Positions 1 through 13,162 of a stretch of 64,000 nt of DNA are shown one piece after another. Below the pieces are notes generated by a model, which did no database searches, was not told where the DNA came from, and saw nothing but the letters and a program-made list of their open reading frames with translations. Each line of letters starts with the position of its first letter. Position 1 is the stretch's first letter. A program made the translations under genes and the position numbers. Source of the DNA: Thiotrichales bacterium (GTDB lineage: Bacteria > Pseudomonadota > Gammaproteobacteria > UWMA-0217). The stretch spans positions 437-64,436 of the forward strand of contig JBHJOI010000080.1 of the NCBI GenBank assembly GCA_050329935.1. Reading direction: 5' to 3'.

Positions 1-2
1 TT

Positions 3-452
3 TACGGCGGCGGACGCGACAAAAACATCGCCGCCATCGCCCGATTCATCCAACGGTTTTACTTCTTCCCCGTGGTCGGCGCGGCCACTGGACTGCGCAT
101 GCCGGTCCATGCGGACGACCTCGCGGCCGCCTGCCTGCTCGCCTTGAAAAATCCTCGTACGTTCGGGCACGCGTACGATCTGACCGGGGGTGAAACCTTG
201 AGCTACCGCGCGATGGTCGAACGTGTTTTCAATGGGTTGGAAATGAAACCTCGGGTACTGGCCGTACCCAGCGGGATTTTGCGCGCGGCGATACAGGTTG
301 CCACGCTGTTACCCGGCGCGCGCGACTGGACACCGGAAATGGCGGAGCGGATGGCACTTGACCTTGTTTTCGACTGCGCGCCGGCGCGAAAGGATTTCGA
401 CTACGCACCACGGCCGTTTCGACCCACGCGGCGCGATTTGGCCAAAGGATAG
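3..452 (+). CDS. NAD-dependent epimerase/dehydratase family protein, C-terminal part (5' end outside window)
   Basis: Frame is open from position 3 (YGGGRDKNIAAIARF...) into ORF 72..452. PVHADDLA and YDLTGGETLSY are typical of the extended SDR C-terminus. Confidence 0.75.
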   Translation, partial: YGGGRDKNIAAIARFIQRFYFFPVVGAATGLRMPVHADDLAAACLLALKNPRTFGHAYDLTGGETLSYRAMVERVFNGLEMKPRVLAVPSGILRAAIQVATLLPGARDWTPEMAERMALDLVFDCAPARKDFDYAPRPFRPTRRDLAKG

Positions 453-538
453 CTAACGACGGATCAAGCCCTACCCAGGGCTGACTTGAGTTGCCGTGAA
501 CGTTACCGCAGTCGCAGGCTGTTTCGACCTCGGTTGCC

Positions 539-880
539 TTAGGCCTCGAAAAGCCCGCCAAGGTCCACCTCACAAGCGGGCATCGCAGGCAATTTGAGAA
601 TCCCCGGATCGGCCAATGAGCGCGATTCGAGGTAGCCTTTTATCGATGGGCGCGTGAACACATGCAGCCGCGCGGTTTGCAGGTCCACGAGCCAAGACTC
701 CGGAATGCCGTGCCGACCGTACAATGGAATCTTGACGTCACGGTCGGAACCGAGCGTGGAGTCGGCCACTTCAACGATCAACCGGACATCTTCCGTGCGT
801 GGTAACGTTTTGCGATAGCGCAGAAACGCCGCGGCGCTTATTACGTGATGTTTGAGGGATGCTTGCGATACTGCCGACAC
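539..880 (-). pseudogene. Uma2 (DUF820) family endonuclease-like fragment, N-terminally truncated
   Basis: PRTEDVRLIVEVADSTLGSDRDVKIPLYGRHGIPESWLVDL matches the Uma2 C-terminal half. The N-terminal half and the EPxPD motif are not present. Confidence 0.7.
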
Positions 881-970
881 GAATTATCCGATGCGTCGTG
901 GATGTACGTCTGATCTGAAAAGCATGGCAATCACAGACCTCTGCGGCAAAATTGTCATGCTCGCGCCGAT

Positions 971-2053
971 TCAGCCTGCCACTTGGTAGTACGCGCGGTA
1001 CCACTCCACAAACCGGCGCACGCCCTCTTCCACCGGCGTGTTCGGCCGATAGCCGACGTCGCGCTCGAGGTCGGTCGTGTCGGCCCAGGTATCAGGCACG
1101 TCACCGGGTTGTAACGGCAACAACTGTTTTTCAGCCTTGCGACCGAGACACTCTTCGAGCACCTCGATGTAGCGCATCAGTTCAACCTTGTTGCTGTTGC
1201 CGATGTTGTACACCCGCCATGGCGCACGACTCGAACCGGGGTCGGGCGATTCGCTATTCCATTCCGGGTTGCCTTGCGGTACGCGGTCGAGCACGCGCAG
1301 CACACCCTCGACGATGTCGTCGATGTAGGTGAAGTCGCGACGGTGCTTGCCGTGGTTGAAAACCGGAATCGGTTCGCCCGCGAGTATCTTGCGCGTGAAC
1401 AGAAACAACGCCATGTCCGGGCGTCCCCACGGGCCGTAGACGGTAAAAAACCGCAAACCCGTCGTCGGCAAACCATAGAGATGCGAGTAGGTGTGCGCCA
1501 TCAACTCGTTGGCCTTTTTCGACGCGGCATAGAGCGAGAGCGGATGGTCGACGTTGTGGTGAACCGAGAACGGCATCTCGGTGTTCGCGCCGTAGACGGA
1601 ACTCGATGACGCGTACACCAGATGCTTGACGCCGTGATGGCGGCAGCCTTCGAGGACATGCGCGAAACCGACGATGTTACTGTCGACATACGCGAGCGGG
1701 TTTTCGATCGAGTAGCGCACACCGGCTTGCGCGGCGAGGTTGATGACCGCGTCGAAGTGCTCCTCGGCGAACAGTCGCTCCATGCCCGCTCGATCGGCGA
1801 TATCGAGCTTCAGGTGGCGAAACGTGCCCGGCCGAGCGTTTAGGCCGTCACCTCCGGCGATCGGACTGTGCTCCGCTCGCCCGAGCTCAGCGGAACGATA
1901 GGGTTCGAGTCGCTTGAGTCGCGCCAGTTTGACGTTGACGTCGTAGTAATCATTGAGATTATCGACCCCGACAACGTCATCACCCCGCTCGACCAACCGC
2001 AGCGACACAAAGTGACCGATGAATCCGGCGGCACCGGTGACGAGTACCTTCAT
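971..2053 (-). CDS. UDP-glucuronate 4-epimerase (NAD-dependent epimerase)
   Basis: [22 protein letters not shown] and [17 protein letters not shown] motifs; 4-nt overlap with ugd. Confidence 0.9.
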   Translation of the reverse strand: MKVLVTGAAGFIGHFVSLRLVERGDDVVGVDNLNDYYDVNVKLARLKRLEPYRSAELGRAEHSPIAGGDGLNARPGTFRHLKLDIADRAGMERLFAEEHFDAVINLAAQAGVRYSIENPLAYVDSNIVGFAHVLEGCRHHGVKHLVYASSSSVYGANTEMPFSVHHNVDHPLSLYAASKKANELMAHTYSHLYGLPTTGLRFFTVYGPWGRPDMALFLFTRKILAGEPIPVFNHGKHRRDFTYIDDIVEGVLRVLDRVPQGNPEWNSESPDPGSSRAPWRVYNIGNSNKVELMRYIEVLEECLGRKAEKQLLPLQPGDVPDTWADTTDLERDVGYRPNTPVEEGVRRFVEWYRAYYQVAG

Positions 2054-3384
2054 GCCGCGCGATCTCCACGACCAATCGCATAGTAGGTCATGCCGTATTC
2101 GCGCACGGTCACCGGGTCGTACAGATTTCGACCGTCGAAAATCACAGGTTCCTTCAACAGGTTCTTCACCTTCTCGAAATCCGGGCTACGGAAGATCTTC
2201 CATTCGGTGCAGATCGCCAACGCATCGGCACCTTCGAGTGCCAGGTCGGGATGGGTGATCAGCGCGAGGTCGGCGCGATCGCCGTAGATTCGGCGCGTTT
2301 CCTCCAGCGCCTCTGGATCGTAGGCTTGCACCCGGGCGCCCGCGGCCCACAAGGCCTCCATCAACACCCGGCTCGGCGCCTCGCGCATGTCGTCGGTGTT
2401 CGGTTTGAAGGCAAGGCCCCACAGCGCGATCGTACGCCCCTTGAGGTCGCCGCGGAAATGTTGCTGAATCTTTCGGAACAACACCTGCTTCTGGTCGTCG
2501 TTTCGCTCCTCCACCGCGGCGAGCAAGCGGGCATCGAAGCCGATCTCGCGCGCGGTCCGCTCAAGCGCCTTGACGTCTTTCGGGAAGCACGAGCCACCGT
2601 AACCGCATCCGGGGTAGATGAACTGGAACCCGATCCGCGGGTCGGAGCCAATGCCAACGCGGACTTGCTCGATGTCGGCGCCCAAGCGCTCGGCCATCTG
2701 CGAGAGCTCGTTCATGAAGCTGATCTTGGTCGCGAGCATCGCGTTGGCGGCATACTTGGTCAGCTCCGCCGAACGGATGTCCATGACGATCAGTTTTTGG
2801 TGACTGCGGCTGAACGGCCCGTAAAGCTCGCGCATGCGCCGGGTGGCATAGTCGTCGTCGGTGCCAATCACGATCCGATCGGGCTTCATGAAGTCTTCGA
2901 TCGCCGCGCCTTCTTTCAAGAACTCGGGATTGGAGACGACGTGATACGGCAGTTCAACTCCACGGCTCGCAAGCGTTTCTGCGACCTTGGCGCGCACCTT
3001 GTCGCCGGTGCCGACCGGCACGGTGGACTTATCGACAATGATCTTGCGCGAATTCATATGAGTGCCGATCGTCTTCGCGACCTCGAGCACGTAGCGCAGG
3101 TCCGCCGAGCCATCTTCATCCGGAGGGGTGCCGACCGCGATGAACTGCATTTCGGCATGCGCGACCGCACGGGCCATGTCGGTGGTGAAATCGATCTTGC
3201 CGAAGCTCCGGGCGCGTTCGATGACCTGCTTCAAGCCCGGCTCGTAGATGGGCAGTATGCCTTCCTTGAGTTTCTGGATCTTGTTCTCGTCGACATCGAC
3301 GCAGAGCACGTCGTTACCGACATCCGCCAAACACGCGCCGGTGACCAGGCCCACGTAGCCAGAACCGTAAATCGCAACTTTCAT
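2050..3384 (-). CDS. ugd: UDP-glucose 6-dehydrogenase
   Basis: [34 protein letters not shown] (catalytic Cys) and [12 protein letters not shown]. Confidence 0.95.
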   Translation of the reverse strand: MKVAIYGSGYVGLVTGACLADVGNDVLCVDVDENKIQKLKEGILPIYEPGLKQVIERARSFGKIDFTTDMARAVAHAEMQFIAVGTPPDEDGSADLRYVLEVAKTIGTHMNSRKIIVDKSTVPVGTGDKVRAKVAETLASRGVELPYHVVSNPEFLKEGAAIEDFMKPDRIVIGTDDDYATRRMRELYGPFSRSHQKLIVMDIRSAELTKYAANAMLATKISFMNELSQMAERLGADIEQVRVGIGSDPRIGFQFIYPGCGYGGSCFPKDVKALERTAREIGFDARLLAAVEERNDDQKQVLFRKIQQHFRGDLKGRTIALWGLAFKPNTDDMREAPSRVLMEALWAAGARVQAYDPEALEETRRIYGDRADLALITHPDLALEGADALAICTEWKIFRSPDFEKVKNLLKEPVIFDGRNLYDPVTVREYGMTYYAIGRGDRAA

Positions 3385-3507
3385 CGTCCAATCGCTCCAA
3401 AATAATCCCTGTTCGAGATGCCGCGAATTCTACCCGATCCCGCCGGGCTTGCGCGTGGCAAGGTTTCAGCGAAATCCTTGGGTTTTGTGAACCCGTACCC
3501 ACAAACG

Positions 3508-3534
3508 GCAAAAGGCCCGCGTGGGGCCTCTTGC
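3508..3534 (-). terminator. Probable intrinsic terminator after rmlB
   Basis: Minus strand GCAAGAGGCCC-cacgc-GGGCCTTTTGC hairpin just after the rmlB stop. Confidence 0.55.
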
Positions 3535-3559
3535 GTCGGAATTGCTCCTCAACCGCGGG

Positions 3560-4675
3560 CTAGGACGCCTTACGCTCAGCGTAGTTGAGATCGATCCAGT
3601 CCTTGTAGCTGCCATCCATCACCGCGCGCCACCAAGCCTCCTGGTCAAGGTACCACGCGAGGGTCTTGCGGATTCCGGTCTCGAATGTCTCGTCGGGCTT
3701 GTAGCCCAATTCCCGCTCGCTCTTGGTGGCGTCGATCGCGTAACGCTGATCGTGGCCCGGACGATCCTTGACGAAGGTTATCAGCGACCGGGCGGACGCG
3801 CCGCGCGCCGCCGGCGCCTCGGGGAAGCGTCGCGCAAGACTCGGATCGTGACTGAACGCCTCGTCGAGCAGATCGCACAGCAGATTGACGATGTCGATAT
3901 TCTGCCACTCGTTCCAACCGCCAATGTTATAGGTCTCGCCGATTTGGCCGCGCTCCAGGATCAACTCGATACCGCGCGCGTGGTCGTCCACATAGAGCCA
4001 ATCGCGAATATTGGTGCCGTCGCCGTATATCGGCAGCGGCTTGCCATGCAAAATATTGATCAAAATCAACGGGATCAGCTTTTCCGGAAACTGGAACGGG
4101 CCATAGTTGTTCGAGCAATTGCTCGTCGTGACCTCGAGCCCGTAGGTATGGTGATAGGCCCGCACCAAGTGATCCGACGCGGCCTTGCTCGCCGAATAGG
4201 GCGAATTCGGTGCATACGGCGTGGCTTCGCTGAACGGCGGATCGCCGCGCTCCAGCGATCCATACACCTCGTCGGTCGAGACGTGATGGAACCGATGCGG
4301 CAGCTCGCCATTCGGGCCGTTCAGCCAGACCGCGCGCGCCGCCTTGAGCAGACTATGGGTTCCGGTCACATTGGTATCGATAAACGCGTCCGGCCCGGTG
4401 ATCGAGCGGTCGACATGGCTTTCGGCGGCGAAATGTACCAGCGTGTCGATGTGCTCTTCGCGCAGCAGACGTTCGACCAACGCCTGATCGCGAATATCGC
4501 CGTGTACGAACCGGAACCGCGGTTGCGCCTGCGCTTCGGCCAGACTCGCGAGGTTGCCCGCGTAGGTCAGCGCGTCGAGGCCGACAACCCGGTCGCCCGG
4601 ATGTCGCGCCAACCAGTAGTAAACAAAGTTCGCTCCGATAAATCCGGCCGCGCCGGTCACCAGTAAATTCGCCAT
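3560..4675 (-). CDS. rfbB: dTDP-glucose 4,6-dehydratase
   Basis: [40 protein letters not shown] and DRPGHDQRY. Confidence 0.95.
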   Translation of the reverse strand: MANLLVTGAAGFIGANFVYYWLARHPGDRVVGLDALTYAGNLASLAEAQAQPRFRFVHGDIRDQALVERLLREEHIDTLVHFAAESHVDRSITGPDAFIDTNVTGTHSLLKAARAVWLNGPNGELPHRFHHVSTDEVYGSLERGDPPFSEATPYAPNSPYSASKAASDHLVRAYHHTYGLEVTTSNCSNNYGPFQFPEKLIPLILINILHGKPLPIYGDGTNIRDWLYVDDHARGIELILERGQIGETYNIGGWNEWQNIDIVNLLCDLLDEAFSHDPSLARRFPEAPAARGASARSLITFVKDRPGHDQRYAIDATKSERELGYKPDETFETGIRKTLAWYLDQEAWWRAVMDGSYKDWIDLNYAERKAS

Positions 4676-5536
4676 CTATAAATACTCCTGCAACATGTTC
4701 CGCAGCGCATCGCGCCAATATAAACCCGGGTAGTCGATCGCGGCACGCAGACTATCCTTGTCCAACACGCTGTAATGCGGGCGCCGCGCCGGCAGCGGAT
4801 AGGCCTCGCTCGGTATCGGCTCGATGCGCACCGGGCGGTCGAACAGACCGTTGGCCAGGCCGAGCTCAAGGATCGCCTGGGCGAAGTCGTACCAACTCGC
4901 GACGCCGGCATCGGTCCAGTGATAGATGCCGCGCAGGTCCGCGCGCATCGTTCGGTACAGCACTCGTGCCAGTTCCGCCGCACACGTCGGCGTGCCCACT
5001 TGATCGACCACGACGCGCAGCACGTCACGTTCGTGCATCAGCTTGATCATGGTCTTGACAAAGTTGCGCCCGTGGGTGGAATACACCCACGCGGTGCGAA
5101 TCAGCAACGTATCGTCGCCAAGGATGCGTTGAACCTCCCGCTCGCCATCAAGCTTGGTGCGGCCGTAAACACTCAGCGGATTCGCCGGATCGTTGGGCTG
5201 GTAGGGATGCCCCTGGCGGCCATCGAAGATAAAATCCGTCGAGACATGCACTAGGCGCGCGCCGTACAGCTTGGCTGCCTTCGCGAGATTAGCCGCCCCT
5301 TCGACGTTGATCAGTCGAGCTTCCTCGGGCTCCGCTTCGGCTTTGTCGACCAGCGAATAGGCGGCGGCGTTGACAATCCAGTCCGGCCGTTCGAGGTAGA
5401 CCCGCTCGAGTACTCGTGCGTAATCAACGATATCGAGCTCCTCACGAGCATAGCCGCGGACGTCGAAATCGCTGGGGGCGTGTTTGACCAACTCATGACC
5501 GAGTTGGCCGCGGGCACCGGTGACCAGAACCTTCAT
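4676..5536 (-). CDS. rfbD: dTDP-4-dehydrorhamnose reductase
   Basis: GARGQLG, NAAAY, HVSTDFIFDG, YGRTK, DQVGTPT and PARRP. Confidence 0.93.
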   Translation of the reverse strand: MKVLVTGARGQLGHELVKHAPSDFDVRGYAREELDIVDYARVLERVYLERPDWIVNAAAYSLVDKAEAEPEEARLINVEGAANLAKAAKLYGARLVHVSTDFIFDGRQGHPYQPNDPANPLSVYGRTKLDGEREVQRILGDDTLLIRTAWVYSTHGRNFVKTMIKLMHERDVLRVVVDQVGTPTCAAELARVLYRTMRADLRGIYHWTDAGVASWYDFAQAILELGLANGLFDRPVRIEPIPSEAYPLPARRPHYSVLDKDSLRAAIDYPGLYWRDALRNMLQEYL

Positions 5537-5548
5537 TGGGCGACCCGC

Positions 5549-6421
5549 TCAGCCCAGGAGGTTCAACAGATACGCCCCGTAACCGCTCTTGCGAAGCGGC
5601 TCGGCGACGGCGCGCAAACCTTCCTTGTCGATAAAGCCCTGGCGAAACGCAATTTCCTCCGGGCAGGCGATCTTTAGACCCTGCCGTTCCTCCACCACCC
5701 GGATGAAGTTCGCGGCGTCGAGCAAGGACGCCATCGTACCGGTGTCGAGCCAAGCCGTGCCGCGACTCAGACGCTCGACATTCAAGCCACCGCGCGTGAG
5801 ATAAACATTGTTAACGTCGGTGATCTCCAGTTCGCCGCGTGGCGACGGCTTGATCGATTTCGCGACCTCCACCACGTCGTTGTCGTAGAAATAAAGCCCC
5901 GTCACCGCGTAGTTGGACTTGGGATTGGATGGCTTCTCCTCGATGCTGGTCGCGCGCCCCGCCTCATCGAAGGCGACCACGCCGTAGCGCTCGGGGTCGT
6001 TGACCCAGTAGCCGAACACCGTCGCACCCGCGTCGCGCGCGTTCGCATGTTGGAGGCGTTTCGCGAGCCCTTCGGCATAAAAAATGTTATCGCCCAATAT
6101 CAACGCCGCCGCCGCGTTGCCGATGAACTGCTCGCCGATGATGAACGCCTGCGCGAGGCCATCCGGGCTCGGCTGCACCGCATATTCAAGATTGATGCCC
6201 CAACGTGAGCCGTCACCGAGCAGGCGTTGAAACGCCTCGGAATCCTGCGGCGTTGTGATGATCAGAATGTCCTTCAACCCCGCCAGCATCAGAGTTGACA
6301 AGGGATAGTAGATCATCGGCTTGTCGTACACCGGCATCAACTGTTTACTCACCGAGATCGTCAGCGGATACAGTCGGGTACCGGATCCACCGGCGAGAAT
6401 GATGCCTTTGCGTTGCGGCAT
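5549..6421 (-). CDS. rfbA: Glucose-1-phosphate thymidylyltransferase
   Basis: [35 protein letters not shown] and [10 protein letters not shown]. Confidence 0.96.
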   Translation of the reverse strand: MPQRKGIILAGGSGTRLYPLTISVSKQLMPVYDKPMIYYPLSTLMLAGLKDILIITTPQDSEAFQRLLGDGSRWGINLEYAVQPSPDGLAQAFIIGEQFIGNAAAALILGDNIFYAEGLAKRLQHANARDAGATVFGYWVNDPERYGVVAFDEAGRATSIEEKPSNPKSNYAVTGLYFYDNDVVEVAKSIKPSPRGELEITDVNNVYLTRGGLNVERLSRGTAWLDTGTMASLLDAANFIRVVEERQGLKIACPEEIAFRQGFIDKEGLRAVAEPLRKSGYGAYLLNLLG

Positions 6422-6749
6422 GTGATGGGTCCTGTCGGGTAATAAAGGGGCGCTGTTGGAACCGCGATCAGTTTCGCGATCTCGAAGGTGACTTATCCCA
6501 AAAAACGGGTGTCATTGTCGAGTAACGCCGCGCTATTTTGAAGCACACAGACTACGATGCGCGCGGAACTGTGAAGGAGTTCGCGTGAGATCGCAATTGC
6601 GGCGAACCGGGTGCGGCTCGTTGAAGTGCTGGGTGAAGGCGCGACTCGTTCGCACCGATCTTCACCTCCGAGGCGTTGACCTTGTCCTTGCGCCCGCGCT
6701 TGGTCTGCCCGAACTAGCAGACCCCTTCCCAGGTTACGGAAGCTATTTT

Positions 6750-7259
6750 CTAAAACGGAATATCATCATCAAAATCATCGGCCATCGGTTCGCGCGCGGC
6801 GGGCTTGCGTGGTGCTTGCGCCGGCGGCGGATTGCTGCTCCGTTGCGGTGGGTCGTACATCGGCGCCGAATCGTAGTCGTCGCCTCCTCCACTCGGCATG
6901 CCTCCACCGCCGGCGCCGGCGCGACCACCTAGCATCTGCATCTCGTTGCCGACGATTTCGGTGGTGTAGCGGTCCTGACCGCTCTGATCCTGCCATTTTC
7001 GGGTGGTGAGTTTGCCCTCGATATAAACCTGTTGGCCTTTGCGCAGGTAGTCGCGCGCCACTTCCGCCAGCCGGTTATACATCACGACGCGATGCCATTC
7101 GGTGCGCTCCTGGGCTTCGCCGGTGGTGCGGTCGCGCCAGCTTTCGCTGGTGGCGATCCGCAGATTGGCGACGACCCCCCCGCTGGTGGGCATCTGCCGT
7201 ACCTCGGGGTCCGCGCCGAGGTTGCCAACCAGGATTACTTTGTTGATTCCTCTTGCCAT
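6750..7259 (-). CDS. ssb: Single-stranded DNA-binding protein
   Basis: [23 protein letters not shown], Gly/Pro-rich linker and DDFDDDIPF tail. Confidence 0.97.
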   Translation of the reverse strand: MARGINKVILVGNLGADPEVRQMPTSGGVVANLRIATSESWRDRTTGEAQERTEWHRVVMYNRLAEVARDYLRKGQQVYIEGKLTTRKWQDQSGQDRYTTEIVGNEMQMLGGRAGAGGGGMPSGGGDDYDSAPMYDPPQRSSNPPPAQAPRKPAAREPMADDFDDDIPF

Positions 7260-7571
7260 GACTGTTTACCTTTCTGATGATGAGTGGCGCCGGTCCGACC
7301 GGTCGCGGTCGTCAAACGCGTTCGCGGTAGGGAGACATTTTCTAGCTTACGTCCTTTGCCGTGCGAGCAATGCCTGCGGCGGCAAGCCTCCGTGGCCGCG
7401 GCGGTGGTTGGCCGCTGCCACGATCATCGACCTCCGCGATCGAGGCGCTGCGTTGCGATCCGGGTCCACGCGGCGCGTCACAGCGCTGCGTCGGTTTGCA
7501 TGAGCCGTGTATATTAGCAACTCCGTGACCTTTCGCGCATTATCGCACGCTCACCCGACTCCGGAATCCGC

Positions 7572-10430
<2,859 letters not shown>

Positions 10431-10770
10431 ACGAATCCTGCGTGACCCCCGTGGCAATCGGTCGAGTCATCGAGAGGCGCAAGATACCGGTCATCAGGCA
10501 GCAGAACCCGATCGCGGGGGAAACGGCCCGGCCCAACGGTTCCGCGATTCAGCGCGGGAAAAAGGAGCAACACATCCGATTCCTGTTAAACCGCGTGTAA
10601 TTACACCATCAAGCGGAGGAATTTCGGCGCCAGATCTCATTTGCCATGGTTGTAAACTCGACCGATCACTTTAAACTTGCGGATATGTTCATGTGCGCTC
10701 TAACCCGTCCTACAAAAATCCGACTACCTCGTTGGGTAGCCGGCCGTATCGACGTGACCAACCACCGTTG

Positions 10771-11664
10771 ATGGAAAGTCTCATCATCAAGCATCTCACC
10801 GGATCGCGCAGTCCGCGGCAGGAAAGTTTTCCGCTCGATCAACTGAGCGAGTTGACCCTGGGACGGGATGCGGGCTGCGACCTCGTGTTCGACGACGAGG
10901 GCGTGCATGCCGCGCATGCCAAGATCGTTCGCGATATCGACAAGTCCGGCAAGTTCTGGCTGCATGACCTAAGTGGGCACAAGGCCCTGCTGGTGAACGA
11001 TGCCTTCGTCAGTGGCTATGTCAGTGTGCGCCCGGGTGATCGCGTCCGCCTGGGCCGCGATGGCCCGGTGTTGGAGGTTCAGATCGGCGAACCGATCGCA
11101 CCGCCCGCGCAGAACGCGGATCACTTCAACGCGGGTTCGAACGACCGCAGGCGAGCCAGATCAGTGCTTTGGCTGCTGCCGTTGGTCGCACTCGCCGTGC
11201 TCGCGAGCGTGCTGCTGACCCGCGAGTCGAGTCTCGATACGGCTCAATCCCCAGGCGCCGAACCCGCTCCCGCGACGCCCATCGCCGACGCGGATTTCGG
11301 AGTTTTGCGCGCGGCAACCCCGGTCGAGGCGGCGCAATCGGTCGAACCGGTGGAAACCGCCACCGAAGCGGACGTACCCAACGACACCGTGACGCCGATC
11401 GCAGCCGGCGACGCCGCGTTTAACGCCGAGCCCGGTATCGCGGCCGAGTCCGCGCCCGAACCCGAGTTAGTTGCCGTACCGCTGGAGCCGGAGCTGGAGG
11501 TACTGCCAATCAAGGCCGACCGACGCAGAACCGTCGAACCGCCCGCGGAATCCTACGTCGGCACGATTCAGATCGTGCCCAGCGAACCCGCACCGCCCAC
11601 CCGCGCCGCCGTGCCGGTCGAGGAGCCGATCGCGGACGGCTGGAAAGTCATCAAGGATATGTGA
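10771..11664 (+). CDS. FHA-domain single-pass membrane protein with Pro/Ala/Glu-rich C-terminal region
   Basis: LTLGRDAGCDLVF...HAKI...LHDL...VRPGDRVRLG FHA-like pattern, then RRRAR and the TM helix VLWLLPLVALAVLASVLL. Start taken at ATG 10771; the ORF is open from 10693. Confidence 0.7.
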   Translation: MESLIIKHLTGSRSPRQESFPLDQLSELTLGRDAGCDLVFDDEGVHAAHAKIVRDIDKSGKFWLHDLSGHKALLVNDAFVSGYVSVRPGDRVRLGRDGPVLEVQIGEPIAPPAQNADHFNAGSNDRRRARSVLWLLPLVALAVLASVLLTRESSLDTAQSPGAEPAPATPIADADFGVLRAATPVEAAQSVEPVETATEADVPNDTVTPIAAGDAAFNAEPGIAAESAPEPELVAVPLEPELEVLPIKADRRRTVEPPAESYVGTIQIVPSEPAPPTRAAVPVEEPIADGWKVIKDM

Positions 11665-11682
11665 GGACCTGCTCCGCAGCCG

Positions 11683-12252
11683 ATGCGCATGACTGACACC
11701 TTGAATTTCCTCGCTCGGGTCGCTCCCCGCGTGCTCGGAGCGGTGGCCTGCGTCATGGCCATCAATGGATGTGCCATGTTCCAGACCGTCGAGTCTGGCA
11801 TCGAGCAACTCGATCGCAAGGTCAGCACCGCCATGAAAAAGCGCGGCTTGCAACCCAAGGTTGAACAGATCGCCACCATCGACGAAATCTGGGAATCGGC
11901 CGATTGCGCGAATCGCCGACTGCCTTACCTGAAACTCACCCGACACGACATGTTTCCCGCGGAGATCGTCGCCGGCGCCACGGTGAATCACCGGTTCGAG
12001 TACACGCTGTGCCTGCGCGGCAACGATCGTCCCATCATTGGCGATCTTACCCGCCGCATCTACTTCGGCGGCAAGCCGGTCCTGACCGACACCTCATCGA
12101 ATGTCGAGCTCAAGCCGGGACACTGGGTGGTCGACGCCTTCATTACCGTACCCGAGCAGGCCCCGCCCGGCAGCTACGAGATGGAGGTCAAGTTCGACAG
12201 CATTCGCGCCCCTTTCCGCGACCGCCCCCGCCTCGAAATCGCGAAGCCTTGA
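11683..12252 (+). CDS. Putative lipoprotein of unknown function
   Basis: Hydrophobic signal ending in the lipobox AINGC; GAGGA RBS just upstream; beta-rich C-terminus (PPGSYEMEVKF). Confidence 0.65.
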   Translation: MRMTDTLNFLARVAPRVLGAVACVMAINGCAMFQTVESGIEQLDRKVSTAMKKRGLQPKVEQIATIDEIWESADCANRRLPYLKLTRHDMFPAEIVAGATVNHRFEYTLCLRGNDRPIIGDLTRRIYFGGKPVLTDTSSNVELKPGHWVVDAFITVPEQAPPGSYEMEVKFDSIRAPFRDRPRLEIAKP

Positions 12253-12297
12253 TACCGCCCAGGCTTACCGGGATGACTACCCATCCGCGATCGTGAA

Positions 12298-13026
12298 CTA
12301 TCGCCGCGAGGTCTCTTGGCCCGGAACGACCACGATCGGCTTACTGAATCGCAAAAAATACTGCGTTCGCATGAAATCGACTTCCTCGACGAACACGAAA
12401 CCCACCGAGGTGATTTCATCAACAAACGTTTCCTTGCCCGCCCGGACATGGCTCAGCACCCAAGGACTGGACCAGCCGGGAACGCGCTTGTAATCGACGA
12501 CGATCAGATCGGCGCCTGGACGTAGCGCGCGGAACAGCGACGCCATCGTCGATAACGGAAACTCGAAATGGTGGTAGGTGTCGCTGATGAACGCCAGATC
12601 CACGCTCGCGTCCGGCAATTCAACGCTGCGTGCGGTATTGACAACGCCTGTGACGTGTTCCACGCCGGCCGAACGCGCACGATTTTCGATCGACGCGACA
12701 AAGCTCGGCGAGATGTCGACCGCGTATACCCTGCCCTTAGGGCCAACCGCCTCGGCGAACAACATCGTGAACAACCCGGTCCCGGCGCCAATGTCCGCCA
12801 CGCTCATCCCTTCTCGCAACTTGAGCTGGGCAAGAATATCGGCGCGGCGGTCATAAACCTCCCGCCCCTCGCGCTCGAACACCGATAGCCAATGTTCGAC
12901 GTTGGGATTCTCGTACTGCTGATTGATCCCGGGGCTGATGCTGCGCTCCTCGAGCGCCACCGCGGCGGTACCAAGGCCACCCGCCAACACCCATACGCCC
13001 CACCACAAAATCGTCCGCAACCACAT
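12298..13026 (-). CDS. Class I SAM-dependent methyltransferase with N-terminal signal peptide
   Basis: VADIGAGTG motif I, VYAVDI and DTYHH; AGGAGG RBS before ATG 13026. Confidence 0.85.
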   Translation of the reverse strand: MWLRTILWWGVWVLAGGLGTAAVALEERSISPGINQQYENPNVEHWLSVFEREGREVYDRRADILAQLKLREGMSVADIGAGTGLFTMLFAEAVGPKGRVYAVDISPSFVASIENRARSAGVEHVTGVVNTARSVELPDASVDLAFISDTYHHFEFPLSTMASLFRALRPGADLIVVDYKRVPGWSSPWVLSHVRAGKETFVDEITSVGFVFVEEVDFMRTQYFLRFSKPIVVVPGQETSRR

Positions 13027-13162
13027 CGCCAACCTCCTGAATCGTCTGAACGTCGGTACGCCGTGACGACGGCCATACCATTTTTCCCGCGAGCGGGCGT
13101 CCGCGCCCGGGGCTTCGAAGTCTATACTCGAGCTTCAGGATAACACTCGCCGGAGACCGTCC

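Noticed and set aside
2251-4666. Long antisense ORFs (2251..3405 +, 3521..4666 +; also 7551..8708 -, 17392..18453 +, 41498..42709 +, 57306..58475 +, 62157..63299 -)
   Set aside because: They lie opposite well-supported genes and have no motifs; they are shadow ORFs expected from high-GC codon usage.
6422-6749. JUMPstart/ops element upstream of the rml cluster
   Set aside because: No GGCGGTAG ops core was found on the coding strand.
7260-7571. LexA SOS box between ssb and uvrA
   Set aside because: No CTGT-N8-ACAG match was found; CCGTGTATATTAGCAA near 7505 is too degenerate.
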